Assembly (NCBI GenBank): GCA_965197745.1
Contig: CBDANS010000007.1
Location: 1,920,001 to 1,984,000, forward strand
Direction of reading: 5' to 3'
DNA: 64,000 nucleotides
From: Opitutales bacterium
GTDB taxonomy: Bacteria; Verrucomicrobiota; Verrucomicrobiia; Opitutales; PNEW01
This document shows, in pieces, positions 20,400-30,535 of this stretch; within the stretch, counting starts at the first letter, position 1, and each line of letters begins with the position of its first letter. The notes below the pieces were generated by a model. The model made no database searches and was not told where the DNA came from. It was given only the letters and a program-made list of their open reading frames with translations. The translations under genes and the position numbers were made by a program.

Positions 20400-21587
20400 T
20401 TAAACCAGGATTTCATCGACGACTTCGTCGAGTTCATGTTTCACGGGCACCGATCCCTTAATTAAAGGATAGCGATAGACTTTCCCTTCATAGTTACGCA
20501 TTACCACTTCTTCATCCGTAATCCTCTCAACGTATTCCGGATTAATCGGGACCTTGCCCCCCCCACCTGGAGCATCAATGACAAATTGAGGGATTGCATA
20601 TCCTGTGGTGTGCCCTCGAAGCGCTTCTATAATTTCTATCCCCTTGCGCACATCAGTTCGCAGATGAGCGCTTCCGGTGATGAGATCACACTGGTAGATG
20701 TAGTAGGGTCGAACCCGCATCATAAGCAGACGATGGAGCAGTGATTTCATTACCTCCACATTATCGTTAACCTTTTTTAAAAGTACTGATTGATTTCCTA
20801 TAGGCACGCCGGCATAGGACAATCGCTCACAGGCTTCTTTAACTTCCCATGTACATTCTTTTGGGTGGTTGGCATGAATGCTCATCCAGATGGGTCCGTA
20901 TTTTCGGAAAATATCGCACAATTCAGGGGTAATACGCTGAGGTAAAAAAACAGGGATACGTGATCCTATACGGATAAATTCAACGTGCTTAATAGAACGA
21001 AGACGCCCTAGAAGATAATCCAGTTTGTGGTCAGCAAGAAGGAGTGGATCACCTCCACTGAGCAGAACGTCACGGACCTCTTCATGTTCTTCAATGTATT
21101 TTAATCCCGCTTCCATTTGGGGATGAAAATTATAGTCTTGAGCGTTGGAAACGAGTCGGCTGCGAGTACAATATCGACAATAAGCAGCGCATCGGTCTGT
21201 AATTAGAAATAATACCCGATCGGGATAGCGATGGACCAGTCCAGAAACTGCCGTCGTATTCTCTTCACCCACCGGATCGAGCATTTCTTCCGGAGCAGTT
21301 TCCATTTCTTCAATCCGGGGGATAACCTGTCGCCGAATAGGACAGTCCGCGTCCTTCCGGTCGATAAGATTGAAAAAATAGGGTGTGATGGCCAGAGAGA
21401 GTTTTTGATTGGCAAATCGACAGCCCTCCTTTTCCTCCTCTTTAAGAATCAGATATTTTTCTAATTCCTCGGCAGAGGTTATTCGATTCTTCAACTGCCA
21501 GACCCAATTGCTCCAATCATCCTCCGGCACTTCAGACCATAGTCCCTGCCCGCGAATCCAGTTGTTTTCACTATCCTCAGGATACAT
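20400..21587 (-). CDS. kamA: Lysine 2,3-aminomutase (KamA family radical SAM)
   Basis: HRYPDR, CAAYCRYCTR, SGGDP, YQCD and IDAPGGGGK (PLP lysine). Confidence 0.92.
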   Translation of the reverse strand: MYPEDSENNWIRGQGLWSEVPEDDWSNWVWQLKNRITSAEELEKYLILKEEEKEGCRFANQKLSLAITPYFFNLIDRKDADCPIRRQVIPRIEEMETAPEEMLDPVGEENTTAVSGLVHRYPDRVLFLITDRCAAYCRYCTRSRLVSNAQDYNFHPQMEAGLKYIEEHEEVRDVLLSGGDPLLLADHKLDYLLGRLRSIKHVEFIRIGSRIPVFLPQRITPELCDIFRKYGPIWMSIHANHPKECTWEVKEACERLSYAGVPIGNQSVLLKKVNDNVEVMKSLLHRLLMMRVRPYYIYQCDLITGSAHLRTDVRKGIEIIEALRGHTTGYAIPQFVIDAPGGGGKVPINPEYVERITDEEVVMRNYEGKVYRYPLIKGSVPVKHELDEVVDEILV

Positions 21588-21775
21588 GATTTGATTTTAA
21601 CCCTTTTCTTGATCCTTCTTTGCTGATATAAAATCCCGTGATAAAAGATTATTTTTAATCTTGTCACTAAGAATCTATATATTTAAATAAGTCAATACAT
21701 ATGTGGGGAGATAGATAAACTCACGTGCTACGAATGGGTTACAATATATTAAGAAGGGCATGAGGAATAGAAAAA

Positions 21776-22108
21776 GTGGATAATAACGACGAGCTGGCCA
21801 AGCAACTTTGGGCTCTGGGAGATCCTGTGCGTCTCAGAATTTTGCAATTTTTGCCCTACACACCCAACTGTGAACATCACAATAATGTATCTCAACTGGC
21901 AGAAAAACTGGGATTGAGCCAACCGACAATCTCCCACCATCTTCGCATCTTGCGCCAGGCGGGATTAGTGTCCCATAAAAAAATGTGCCGCGACTGTTTT
22001 TACTGGATAGAGTTTGAGGCGACGGTGGCGGTACTGGAAAGCATGCGTATATCCCTGCTTTCAAATTATAAAGAAGATGCGGTCATAAAAAATCCCGCAG
22101 TCACATAA
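21776..22108 (+). CDS. ArsR/SmtB family transcriptional regulator
   Basis: ALGDPVRLRIL and LSQPTISHHLRILRQAGLV winged HTH; GTG start. Confidence 0.92.
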   Translation: MDNNDELAKQLWALGDPVRLRILQFLPYTPNCEHHNNVSQLAEKLGLSQPTISHHLRILRQAGLVSHKKMCRDCFYWIEFEATVAVLESMRISLLSNYKEDAVIKNPAVT

Positions 22109-22150
22109 AATTAAATTGCGGGTTGAGACTTGGGTACTTTTATAGAAGCC

Positions 22151-23314
22151 ATGTCAGAAATAAAACCCGGAATATTTGCCCTGGAAAGCGGGGAAATATA
22201 TCGAGGAACAGCATTCGGTTCAGAAAAAACGGTAGTTGGTGAAGCGGTTTTCAACACCAGTATGACCGGCTATCAGGAAATTCTGACGGATCCATCTTAT
22301 TATGCTCAGATAGTGACGATGACGGCTCCGCAAATAGGTAATTATGGAATTAATCCCGAAGACGTTGAATCTGACGGACCAAAAGTATCTGGATTTATCG
22401 TGCGTGAGCTCAGCCCATTAAGCAGCAACTGGCGCAGCCAGCAGGATCTCACGGATTATTTAAGTGAGCATGACATCCCCGGTTTAAGTGGCATTGACAC
22501 ACGAACCATTACTAAGAAAATCAGAGTAGATGGAGCGCTCAAGGCCTGCCTGAGCACAGAAGTTATCTCTGATCAGGAGGCCGTAGAACGCGCGCGTGAA
22601 TGGCCGGGAATAGTGGGTGTCGATTACGTAAAAGAAGTCACCTGCAAGAAAGCTTATACCTGGGATTCCAAAGAAAAAGACATACAGCCATTCACCGTTA
22701 AGGGAACACGGCTTTCAATCATACAAAAAAAACGCAAACCCTATAAAGTAGTGGCTTTTGACTTCGGAGCGAAATACAATATTTTTCGAAAACTGCGTTA
22801 TCATGGGTTCCAGGTAGAGGTCGTCCCCGCCAATTATTCAGTAGAAAAAACTCATAAACTAAAACCCGACGGAGTCTTTTTATCCAATGGACCGGGAGAC
22901 CCTTCCGCTTTGCCTTATGCCCATGAGACAGTGGAAAAACTTATCCAGCACTACCCTACTTTTGGCATATGTCTTGGACATCAAATCATTACTCATGCTA
23001 TAGGCGCTAAGACTTTTAAGTTAAAATTTGGTCATCGTGGCGCTAATCAACCCGTTAAAAATCTTGAGACGGGTGAAGTGTATATTACCTCTCAAAATCA
23101 CGGTTTCGCATCCACGAGAGAAGAGCTGGAAAATAGTAATGCCATTGTCACGGAAATTAATTTGAATGATCAGACAGTAGCCGGCCTTCGCTTAAAAGAT
23201 AAACCGGTTTTTTCCGTGCAATACCACCCTGAAGCATCACCCGGCCCCCATGATACGGACAGTCATTTCGATAAGTTTTATAAGCTGATTGAAGAGCATA
23301 AAAAAACCAAGTAG
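22151..23314 (+). CDS. carA: Carbamoyl-phosphate synthase small subunit
   Basis: FNTSMTGYQE..TDPSY, SNGPGDP, GICLGHQ, QNHG and QYHPEA. Confidence 0.97.
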   Translation: MSEIKPGIFALESGEIYRGTAFGSEKTVVGEAVFNTSMTGYQEILTDPSYYAQIVTMTAPQIGNYGINPEDVESDGPKVSGFIVRELSPLSSNWRSQQDLTDYLSEHDIPGLSGIDTRTITKKIRVDGALKACLSTEVISDQEAVERAREWPGIVGVDYVKEVTCKKAYTWDSKEKDIQPFTVKGTRLSIIQKKRKPYKVVAFDFGAKYNIFRKLRYHGFQVEVVPANYSVEKTHKLKPDGVFLSNGPGDPSALPYAHETVEKLIQHYPTFGICLGHQIITHAIGAKTFKLKFGHRGANQPVKNLETGEVYITSQNHGFASTREELENSNAIVTEINLNDQTVAGLRLKDKPVFSVQYHPEASPGPHDTDSHFDKFYKLIEEHKKTK

Positions 23315-23333
23315 CTCTCAGACTCAAAATATT

Positions 23334-24080
23334 TTAACCTACCAATTTCTCAAAGATCGCAGCATCTTCCGGGGTATCCACACCAAGGGTCGGCTCATTG
23401 GTGATCCCGACCGCGATCGTTAATCCATTTTCAAGAGCCCTCAGTTGCTCTAATCTTTCAATTTTTTCGAGACGTCCAGGGGACATTCCGCTGAAATTAT
23501 TGATAAATTCTGCACTATAGGCATATAGCCCCAGGTGCCAATAGCATAAATTCTCTTGCAGCCATTTACTGTCGACATAACCGTTATGGTCACGTGAAAA
23601 AGGAATAGCGGAACGCGAAAAAAATAAGGCTCTACTCTCGGTGTTGAGAACAACTTTGACTTTGTCGGGATCATGAAAATCTTCTTCTTTTTCAAACGGC
23701 GTGGCCAGGGTAGCCATATCTACATCAGCACTGGTAATCAGCTGACTTAGCGTTTTAATTTGCTTTTCGGTAACCAACGGTTCATCTGCCTGCACATTTA
23801 TGAGGTAATTGGCTTGAATGCATTCATTTGCTTCGGAGATGCGGTCAGTACCACTCTGGTGTTTACGCGAAGTCATTATAGGCTGATACCCTTGCTTCTC
23901 CAGGAGCTCCAATAGCACTTCATCCTCCACCGCAAAATAGAGCGGAACGTCGGGTGCCTGTTTGGCAATGCGTTCTGCGGTCCAAAGAATCAGTGGCTTA
24001 CCCAGTATCGGATAGAGCAACTTGTGAGGGAATCGTTTTGAATCGAGTCTTGCGGGGACAACAATCGCTATATTTGGCAT
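23334..24080 (-). CDS. kdsB: CMP-KDO synthetase
   Basis: PARLDSKRFP.K, SGTDR, NVQADEP, LEQLRALE and VDTPED. Confidence 0.96.
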   Translation of the reverse strand: MPNIAIVVPARLDSKRFPHKLLYPILGKPLILWTAERIAKQAPDVPLYFAVEDEVLLELLEKQGYQPIMTSRKHQSGTDRISEANECIQANYLINVQADEPLVTEKQIKTLSQLITSADVDMATLATPFEKEEDFHDPDKVKVVLNTESRALFFSRSAIPFSRDHNGYVDSKWLQENLCYWHLGLYAYSAEFINNFSGMSPGRLEKIERLEQLRALENGLTIAVGITNEPTLGVDTPEDAAIFEKLVG

Positions 24081-24121
24081 GGCATTTATTTCCGTAATGC
24101 AATTTGATATAAAAAACGGGG

Positions 24122-25039
24122 TTACTCCCTTGATGACTTAGGGTCGAGCGCATCACGGAGTCCGTCTCCAAGAAAGTTAAGTGAAAACAGGGTGAGTGAA
24201 AAGAAAAGGGCGGGGAAAAAAAGAAGCCAGGGATAGACCTCCATTTTTTCTGCACCTTCTTTGATGAGGAGCCCCCAGGAACTTTTGGGAGGCTGCACCC
24301 CCAACCCGAGAAAACTTAAGATGGCTTCTAATAGCATGACCGCGGGTACGGTCAACGTTGCGTAGACAATAATCGGCCCCAGGGTATTGGGGATGAGGTG
24401 ATGCGCAATAATCCGCCTGTGCGTTGACCCGATTGAGATTGCAGCTTGAACAAACTCCAGTTTCTTTAGCGATTGTACCTGACCGCGAACAATACGGGCC
24501 ATCGTAAGCCACTCTACTGCTCCTATTGCGATAAACAACAATACAATACTCCTCCCGAAAATAACCATGAGAAGAATAACAAATACCGTAAATGGTAAAG
24601 CATAAAGTATATCCACAAGTCGCATCATTGTGGCATCCGTCTTCCCCCCCACGTATCCGGCAATAGCACCGTAGGAAACACCGATAAGAAGTGATACCCC
24701 TGTCGCCATAAAACCCACCATTAACGAAACACGTCCCCCATGAAGAAGGCGGGTGAGCACATCGCGCCCGAGGACATCCGTGCCCATCCAGTGATTCAGG
24801 TTCGGACGCTGTGCTCCGTAGAGAAGATTTTGCTCTTCATAGGTATAAGGAGACAAGAATGGCCCACCCACACTTATAAGGGTCATGAAAATAAAAATAA
24901 TGAGCCCAACTCGAGCCAGCTTATTTTTCATCAAACGCTCATATGCATCACCCCACAAAGATATACCGGGCATTGTCATCACCCTGCTCGGAATTCCTTC
25001 TGTATTATTATGTTGGATTGTATCGTTAGTTTCCATCAT
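24122..25039 (-). CDS. oppC: Oligopeptide ABC transporter permease
   Basis: GTDVLGRD, EAA-like loop and LGDGLRDALDP. Confidence 0.93.
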   Translation of the reverse strand: MMETNDTIQHNNTEGIPSRVMTMPGISLWGDAYERLMKNKLARVGLIIFIFMTLISVGGPFLSPYTYEEQNLLYGAQRPNLNHWMGTDVLGRDVLTRLLHGGRVSLMVGFMATGVSLLIGVSYGAIAGYVGGKTDATMMRLVDILYALPFTVFVILLMVIFGRSIVLLFIAIGAVEWLTMARIVRGQVQSLKKLEFVQAAISIGSTHRRIIAHHLIPNTLGPIIVYATLTVPAVMLLEAILSFLGLGVQPPKSSWGLLIKEGAEKMEVYPWLLFFPALFFSLTLFSLNFLGDGLRDALDPKSSRE

Positions 25040-25065
25040 AACTGGGGCGATTTCTGCCTCGTAAT

Positions 25066-25983
25066 TTACTCATATTTTAGTCGGGGATTAAGGAGAACCT
25101 GGACAATATCCACGATCAGGTTTAGAAGGATGATCAAAACAGCGTAAAACAGAACGGTTCCAAGAACCATCGTATAATCGCGATTAAAAGCGGCCAAAAC
25201 AAAGAAGCGTCCAAGTCCGGGAACTTGAAAAATCGTCTCCACAACGAAGGATCCACTGATGAGTCCAGCGGAAGCAGGTCCTAGAAAAGTGGCAACAGGG
25301 AGCAAGCCGGTCTTGAACCCATGGACCAGGATAACACGCCATTCTGATAAACCTTTGGCCCGCGCCGTGCGAATATAATCACTGGAGAGAACGTCCAGCA
25401 TTCCGCTGCGCGCGAGTCGCGCAATGTAGGCCGCATAATAAAACCCGAGGGTAAAGGCGGGCAGGACACGGTCTGACCAATACTCCCAACCCAAAGGGTT
25501 AAACCAGCCCAGTGACAACCCGAATATCAGCACGAGCAAAGGCCCCATGACAAAAGTCGGCATGCAAATACCTATCATCGCAATGGACATCGGGAAATAA
25601 TCCAGTGCGGTATTTTTATTAATGGCCGCGATGATCCCTGAAATGGATCCAAGCAGAACAGCGACGATCAATGCCAATAACCCAAGTTCTAAAGACACAA
25701 AAAAAGATTGCGCGATGAGCTCATTCACCGACCACCCCATGTATTTGAAAGAAGGTCCTAAATCACCTTTGAGAAGGTTCCCTACATAGTGAAAGTATTG
25801 GAGCCATAAGGGGTCATCAAAACCGTAGTGTGCTTCAAGATTATTTCGTATTTCCGGTGGGACCGCTTTTTCATCGCTAAGCGGATCACCGGGGGCCAAA
25901 CGCACCATAAAAAAAGTTACGGTAGCGATTATAAGCATTACTGGAACAGCTTGAACGATGCGCTTGATTATAAATTTAAGCAT
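25066..25983 (-). CDS. oppB: Oligopeptide ABC transporter permease
   Basis: PGDP, GDLGPS, DYIRTARAKGL, VETIF..PGLG and NRDY. Confidence 0.93.
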   Translation of the reverse strand: MLKFIIKRIVQAVPVMLIIATVTFFMVRLAPGDPLSDEKAVPPEIRNNLEAHYGFDDPLWLQYFHYVGNLLKGDLGPSFKYMGWSVNELIAQSFFVSLELGLLALIVAVLLGSISGIIAAINKNTALDYFPMSIAMIGICMPTFVMGPLLVLIFGLSLGWFNPLGWEYWSDRVLPAFTLGFYYAAYIARLARSGMLDVLSSDYIRTARAKGLSEWRVILVHGFKTGLLPVATFLGPASAGLISGSFVVETIFQVPGLGRFFVLAAFNRDYTMVLGTVLFYAVLIILLNLIVDIVQVLLNPRLKYE

Positions 25984-26005
25984 ATAATTTACTTCTCATT
26001 AAACT

Positions 26006-27685
26006 TTACTTAGCTTCGAGATAGACAAATTTGTAGGGATGATGATCAAGAACGTTTGGATGCCACCCTCGCACACTGGATTCGATGAGCAAGCTTCTTA
26101 CATAGAAATAGATGGGGATGATCGGCAATTCACCGAGGAGAATCTGCTCCGCCTTTTGAAAAAATGCTAATCGCTCCGAACTATCAGTGGCACGGCTCGC
26201 GCTCGCAATCAGGGAATCATATTCCGGATTCGACCAACCCGTATGATTGTTCCCGCCGCCCGTTACAAACATATCCAGAAATGTGTTGGGATCGTTGTAG
26301 TCCCCTATCCAACCTGCGCGCGCAATTTGATAATTCATACCCTGGCGGGTATTCAGATACACTTTCCATTCCTGGTTATAAAGTTTGATTTTAATATTTA
26401 GCGAATCACTCCACATTTGCTGGATAGCTTCAGCTATAGTTCGATGCGCTTCGCTGGTATTATAGAGAAGCTCGATTTCGGGAAGTCCTTCTCCATTGGG
26501 GAACCCGGCATCTGCCAGCATGGATCGTGCTTCCTCTAAATTATATTCCAATTGTCTCTCTGCCATATATCCACCGGTCCCGGGTGGTGTAAAGTGGTAG
26601 GCCGGCTTCTCCCCAGCTCGTGATACATGTTCGCTGATGGCTTCACGGTTCAATGCCAATGATAACGCCTTGCGTATTCGTTTATCGTTTAATGGCGGTT
26701 TCGTCACATTGATTAAATAATAGTAAGTTCCAAGGTAAGTATCGAAGCGTCCTACATCTGGTCTCTGGGTCCGGTAATAATCAACTCTGTGTAAAGGAAT
26801 AGTATGGGTAAGATGAATATAACCCACGCGAAAAGCTCGCTCTTCCGCATCTCTGCTATCGATGGGCATGAAATGTATACCCTTTAATCTAACCTTGTCT
26901 GAATCCCAATAAAGTGGATTTTTTTTGACAATTATGCTCTGGTTAATCTTCCAGGAATCCAGGGTGAAAGGACCATTGCAAACCATGTTTTCCGGACGCG
27001 CCCAGAGAGTGCCGCGTTTTGTCATTCCGCCAAACTCCTCGATTGTCGGGGGATGCACCGGCCACCAGGAATAATGATTTTGAAGCTCAAGAAAATACGG
27101 AGTTGGTGCTTCCAGTATTATTTCCAGCAATTTATCATCTATTGCTTTCACCCCAACCAGGGAAAAATCTGTAATTTCTCCGACATTAAAAGCGCGCGCA
27201 TTTTTCATCGGATAGAGCATATAGGCATATTCTGCGGCCATTGCGGGGGAGAGGATACGCTGATAAGAATAGAGAAAATCATGGGCCGTGACCGCATCAC
27301 CGTTTGACCAAACCGCCTCATGGCGAAGATGAAAGATGTATTTCGTTCCCTCTTCCGCTATATCCCAACTTTCGGCAACACCGGGCACCGGATGAAGATC
27401 TATGGGGTCTTCTGAAACCAGACCTTCGAAGAGGGCGGAGATAATATTATGTTCCGAGACACCTGTAGTGATGTGGGGATCCAGGCCTTCGGGTTCGGTT
27501 CCATTACCGATAAAGAGAATCTGCTCACGATTACCGCGTTCAACATTTGTCTCCGGTATTCCACAAGCAACGACGTTTAAATAAATGGCCAATAATAAAA
27601 TAAACCCGGATAATTTCTGCTTGTACCATTTACTCACGACTCTCATGCAATTGTCTGCTGCGATATTCTGCAATATTTTCCTCAT
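26006..27685 (-). CDS. oppA: Oligopeptide ABC transporter substrate-binding lipoprotein
   Basis: Lipobox VVAC, LDP, WSNGDAVTAHDF, NGPF and RAGWIGDY. The start may be at 27646. Confidence 0.93.
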   Translation of the reverse strand: MRKILQNIAADNCMRVVSKWYKQKLSGFILLLAIYLNVVACGIPETNVERGNREQILFIGNGTEPEGLDPHITTGVSEHNIISALFEGLVSEDPIDLHPVPGVAESWDIAEEGTKYIFHLRHEAVWSNGDAVTAHDFLYSYQRILSPAMAAEYAYMLYPMKNARAFNVGEITDFSLVGVKAIDDKLLEIILEAPTPYFLELQNHYSWWPVHPPTIEEFGGMTKRGTLWARPENMVCNGPFTLDSWKINQSIIVKKNPLYWDSDKVRLKGIHFMPIDSRDAEERAFRVGYIHLTHTIPLHRVDYYRTQRPDVGRFDTYLGTYYYLINVTKPPLNDKRIRKALSLALNREAISEHVSRAGEKPAYHFTPPGTGGYMAERQLEYNLEEARSMLADAGFPNGEGLPEIELLYNTSEAHRTIAEAIQQMWSDSLNIKIKLYNQEWKVYLNTRQGMNYQIARAGWIGDYNDPNTFLDMFVTGGGNNHTGWSNPEYDSLIASASRATDSSERLAFFQKAEQILLGELPIIPIYFYVRSLLIESSVRGWHPNVLDHHPYKFVYLEAK

Positions 27686-27797
27686 AGTTTATAGTGATAA
27701 GTGATTGAGAGGTAAATTATCCTTCCAAACAACTTAACTACCCATAACTATGCAAAGCTTGCTAAACCATGTGTAGGTCCCTAGTGAAGGCCGTAAT

Positions 27798-28814
27798 GTG
27801 AATCTCCCCATAGCCAACCGAACGCAGAAATACAAACCAGGAATAGCCTGGTTTTGTCTATTTTCGCTTTTTTGGATTATTCTCCTCCTCTATGCCGGAG
27901 GGCTTACGACAAGTATTGAAGCAGGGATGGCATTCCTTGACTGGCCACTCTCAGAGGGTTCTCTTAACCCTGACGGTTGGACTCAGGACCGTGAAATGCG
28001 TGCGGAGCACAGCCATCGTTTGCTGGGCATGAAAGTTGGCATTCTCTCCATAATCCTCGTTGTCTGGACTCAACTGCGCGAGGCGAGAAGCTGGGTGCGA
28101 AGGTTGACTCTTTTTATCTTATTAATGGTGATATTACAAGGGTGCCTGGGGGGCTCCAGAGTGATCTTTGACCGCTTGAATATTCAGAGTGAGGGGAACC
28201 TTATCGCTCAAATTTTTGCCATCATACACGCTTGCGGGGCACAAATTATACTCTGTCTGCTTGTCACCCTAACGATTGCCTCCACCCGATTATGGATTGA
28301 AGATAACGGCGGCCTGAAAGAACCAGCACCCTGCCGTGTAAGATGGGTCGGTATTGCTTCCTCCACTATTCTTTTTATCGTTATCATTTTTGGGGCCGTC
28401 ATGCGTCATGCCGATGCCGGTCTCGCCATAAGCACTTTTCCCCACTCTACCATGGAAGGATACTGGTTTCCTGATTCCTGGAATTGGGCGGTAGTCATAA
28501 ATTTTGCTCATCGATTATGTGCCCTGCTCGCATCATTGTGTATCCTCTATTATGTTAGTAACATTTGGATCTCCTTGAGAACTTCACGCATCCTCTGCTG
28601 GCTCACCGCCATCCCCCTTTTGCTTCTTCTTGTACAAATATTTCTGGGAGCAACGGTGACGTGGAGCCGCATAAATGAACATGCAGCTACCGCTCATATG
28701 CTGGTTGGAGCTTTTCTGCTTGCCAGTTGCTGGATGCTCACTTTTTTAAGTTTGCGTTTATCAATTCCTTTTTTTATGGCAGACAATCATCCCTCCCCGA
28801 GTCCCTCCAGATAG
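27798..28814 (+). CDS. ctaA: Heme A synthase (CtaA/COX15)
   Basis: Multi-TM protein with DWP, EHSHR, Q..LGG, NFAHR and conserved His residues. Confidence 0.88.
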   Translation: MNLPIANRTQKYKPGIAWFCLFSLFWIILLLYAGGLTTSIEAGMAFLDWPLSEGSLNPDGWTQDREMRAEHSHRLLGMKVGILSIILVVWTQLREARSWVRRLTLFILLMVILQGCLGGSRVIFDRLNIQSEGNLIAQIFAIIHACGAQIILCLLVTLTIASTRLWIEDNGGLKEPAPCRVRWVGIASSTILFIVIIFGAVMRHADAGLAISTFPHSTMEGYWFPDSWNWAVVINFAHRLCALLASLCILYYVSNIWISLRTSRILCWLTAIPLLLLLVQIFLGATVTWSRINEHAATAHMLVGAFLLASCWMLTFLSLRLSIPFFMADNHPSPSPSR

Positions 28815-28842
28815 CATTGAATTATAGCATAATCGCTAAACT

Positions 28843-29784
28843 ATGAAGCCCGGATCAAGCCGATTTAATTTTAATACACGATCACGATCTGAACTAATGG
28901 TCGAAGATGAGATTGACCGTAAAGCGCTGTTATATGATTTTTGGGAATTAACCAAACCACGATTGAGTCTACTGGCAGTGATCACTGCCATTGTAGGTTA
29001 CCTCGTTGCTCAGCCAGATAAAAATCTTCTCTTATTCCTGAACCTCTTTATGGGGACATCGCTCGCGGCCGGTGGAGCAGCAGTCCTTAATCAATGGCAG
29101 GAACGCGTAGCCGATGAAAAAATGGCGCGAACCCGTAATCGCCCTATTCCCTCAGGATCAATAGCACCCGAGACCGCTCTTATTTATGGACTCATATTAT
29201 CTGCGGTTGGTGATATTACTCTCTGGTTTGGCGCCAATAGTCTGGCTGCAAGTTTGGCTCTCATTACCCAGGTATCTTATATCTTAATATACACACCGCT
29301 TAAGCATTATTCTCACTGGTGCACAGAAATCGGAGCAATCCCTGGAGCTATCCCTCCCCTTATCGGATGGGCTGCCGCTGAAAGTTCACTCTCTACTCTA
29401 GGTTGGTTATTATTCGCTATTCTCCTCACCTGGCAAATTCCGCATTTCATGGCAATTGCATGGATCTTCAGGAAGGATTATGCTGACGCTGGCTTTCCTA
29501 TGATTTCAGTAATTGATTCGAGTGGACACCGAGTAGCTAGACAATCGCTAACTTTTACCCTTTTGCTTATTATTTGCAGCCTATTGCCCACATTACTTGG
29601 TTATACTTCATTTTTCTATGCCTTGATAGCGGTCGGCTCAGGTCTGTGGATACTTATAAAAGCCCTGCGCTTCACTCAGAAAGACAACCGCGATGCTGCA
29701 GCGCGACAGCTCTTCGTTGTTTCAATCGCCTATCTTCCCTTACTTTTAGCAGCACTTGTTATCGATCGTTGGTTTTTCGTTTAA
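28843..29784 (+). CDS. ctaB: Heme O synthase (protoheme IX farnesyltransferase)
   Basis: LTKPR, D..MARTRNRP, YTPLK, GAIPP..GW, WQIPHF and DY..AG. Confidence 0.96.
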   Translation: MKPGSSRFNFNTRSRSELMVEDEIDRKALLYDFWELTKPRLSLLAVITAIVGYLVAQPDKNLLLFLNLFMGTSLAAGGAAVLNQWQERVADEKMARTRNRPIPSGSIAPETALIYGLILSAVGDITLWFGANSLAASLALITQVSYILIYTPLKHYSHWCTEIGAIPGAIPPLIGWAAAESSLSTLGWLLFAILLTWQIPHFMAIAWIFRKDYADAGFPMISVIDSSGHRVARQSLTFTLLLIICSLLPTLLGYTSFFYALIAVGSGLWILIKALRFTQKDNRDAAARQLFVVSIAYLPLLLAALVIDRWFFV

Positions 29785-29869
29785 GTTTCCTTTCAATAGT
29801 TAGCCACCGGTCGGGGTAATTATCTAAAGCTGATTCATCCCGAGCAGCTTTGTTAAAATAAAATCAATT

Positions 29870-30307
29870 ATGCGGGGGATTTCATTCCCAGAATTAAACG
29901 CTTCTTTAAACAGCATAGCTTTTGTTTTGCTGACCATTGGTTTTATCTTAATCAAGTTTGAAAAAAAAAGAGCACATCAATTTACGATGACCACTGCCTT
30001 TATTGTCTCCGTTGCCTTTCTTATCAGTTATGTCACCCACAAAGTATTAATGAAGGGAGTTCATACTCCATTTGGAGGGACAGGTATCTGGCATACCCTG
30101 TATTACAGTATGCTTATCAGTCATATTATATTAGCGGTAATTATAGTTCCCATGGTACTGCGAACATTTATTCTCGCCATGACCGGACAAATTGAGAGGC
30201 ACCGCAAATGGGCAAGAATCACTTTTCCGCTCTGGTATTATGTTTCTATAACCGGTATTCTCGTCTATTTATTTCTTTATCAATGGTTCCCCTCCAATTC
30301 CTTATAA
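29870..30307 (+). CDS. DUF420 membrane protein (CtaM-like oxidase assembly factor)
   Basis: 4 TM segments; LNASLN, H...M, LISH..LA and HRK.AR...W.YVS.TG..VY; follows ctaAB. Confidence 0.88.
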   Translation: MRGISFPELNASLNSIAFVLLTIGFILIKFEKKRAHQFTMTTAFIVSVAFLISYVTHKVLMKGVHTPFGGTGIWHTLYYSMLISHIILAVIIVPMVLRTFILAMTGQIERHRKWARITFPLWYYVSITGILVYLFLYQWFPSNSL

Positions 30308-30535
30308 ATAGAATTATAGCGTGACGGCACCATGAATAACTGCGAATTTATAACTGGCATGAAACTTCGAGCTGTTCTCAGAATATAAAACTTCTGTAAG
30401 TTTAAGCACTCTTTACCGTATTAAACCGATTTTTAGCTGGTATCGGGATGTAAGCAGAGCTAATAACTAAATCTCTATAATGGGGCCCCTTATTTGATCG
30501 CGACTCTATCACGCTCACCACTTTATTGAATCTGT

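Noticed and set aside
24122..27685. oppABC lacking oppDF ATPase genes
   Set aside because: Split ABC loci are common and the ATPases are probably encoded elsewhere.
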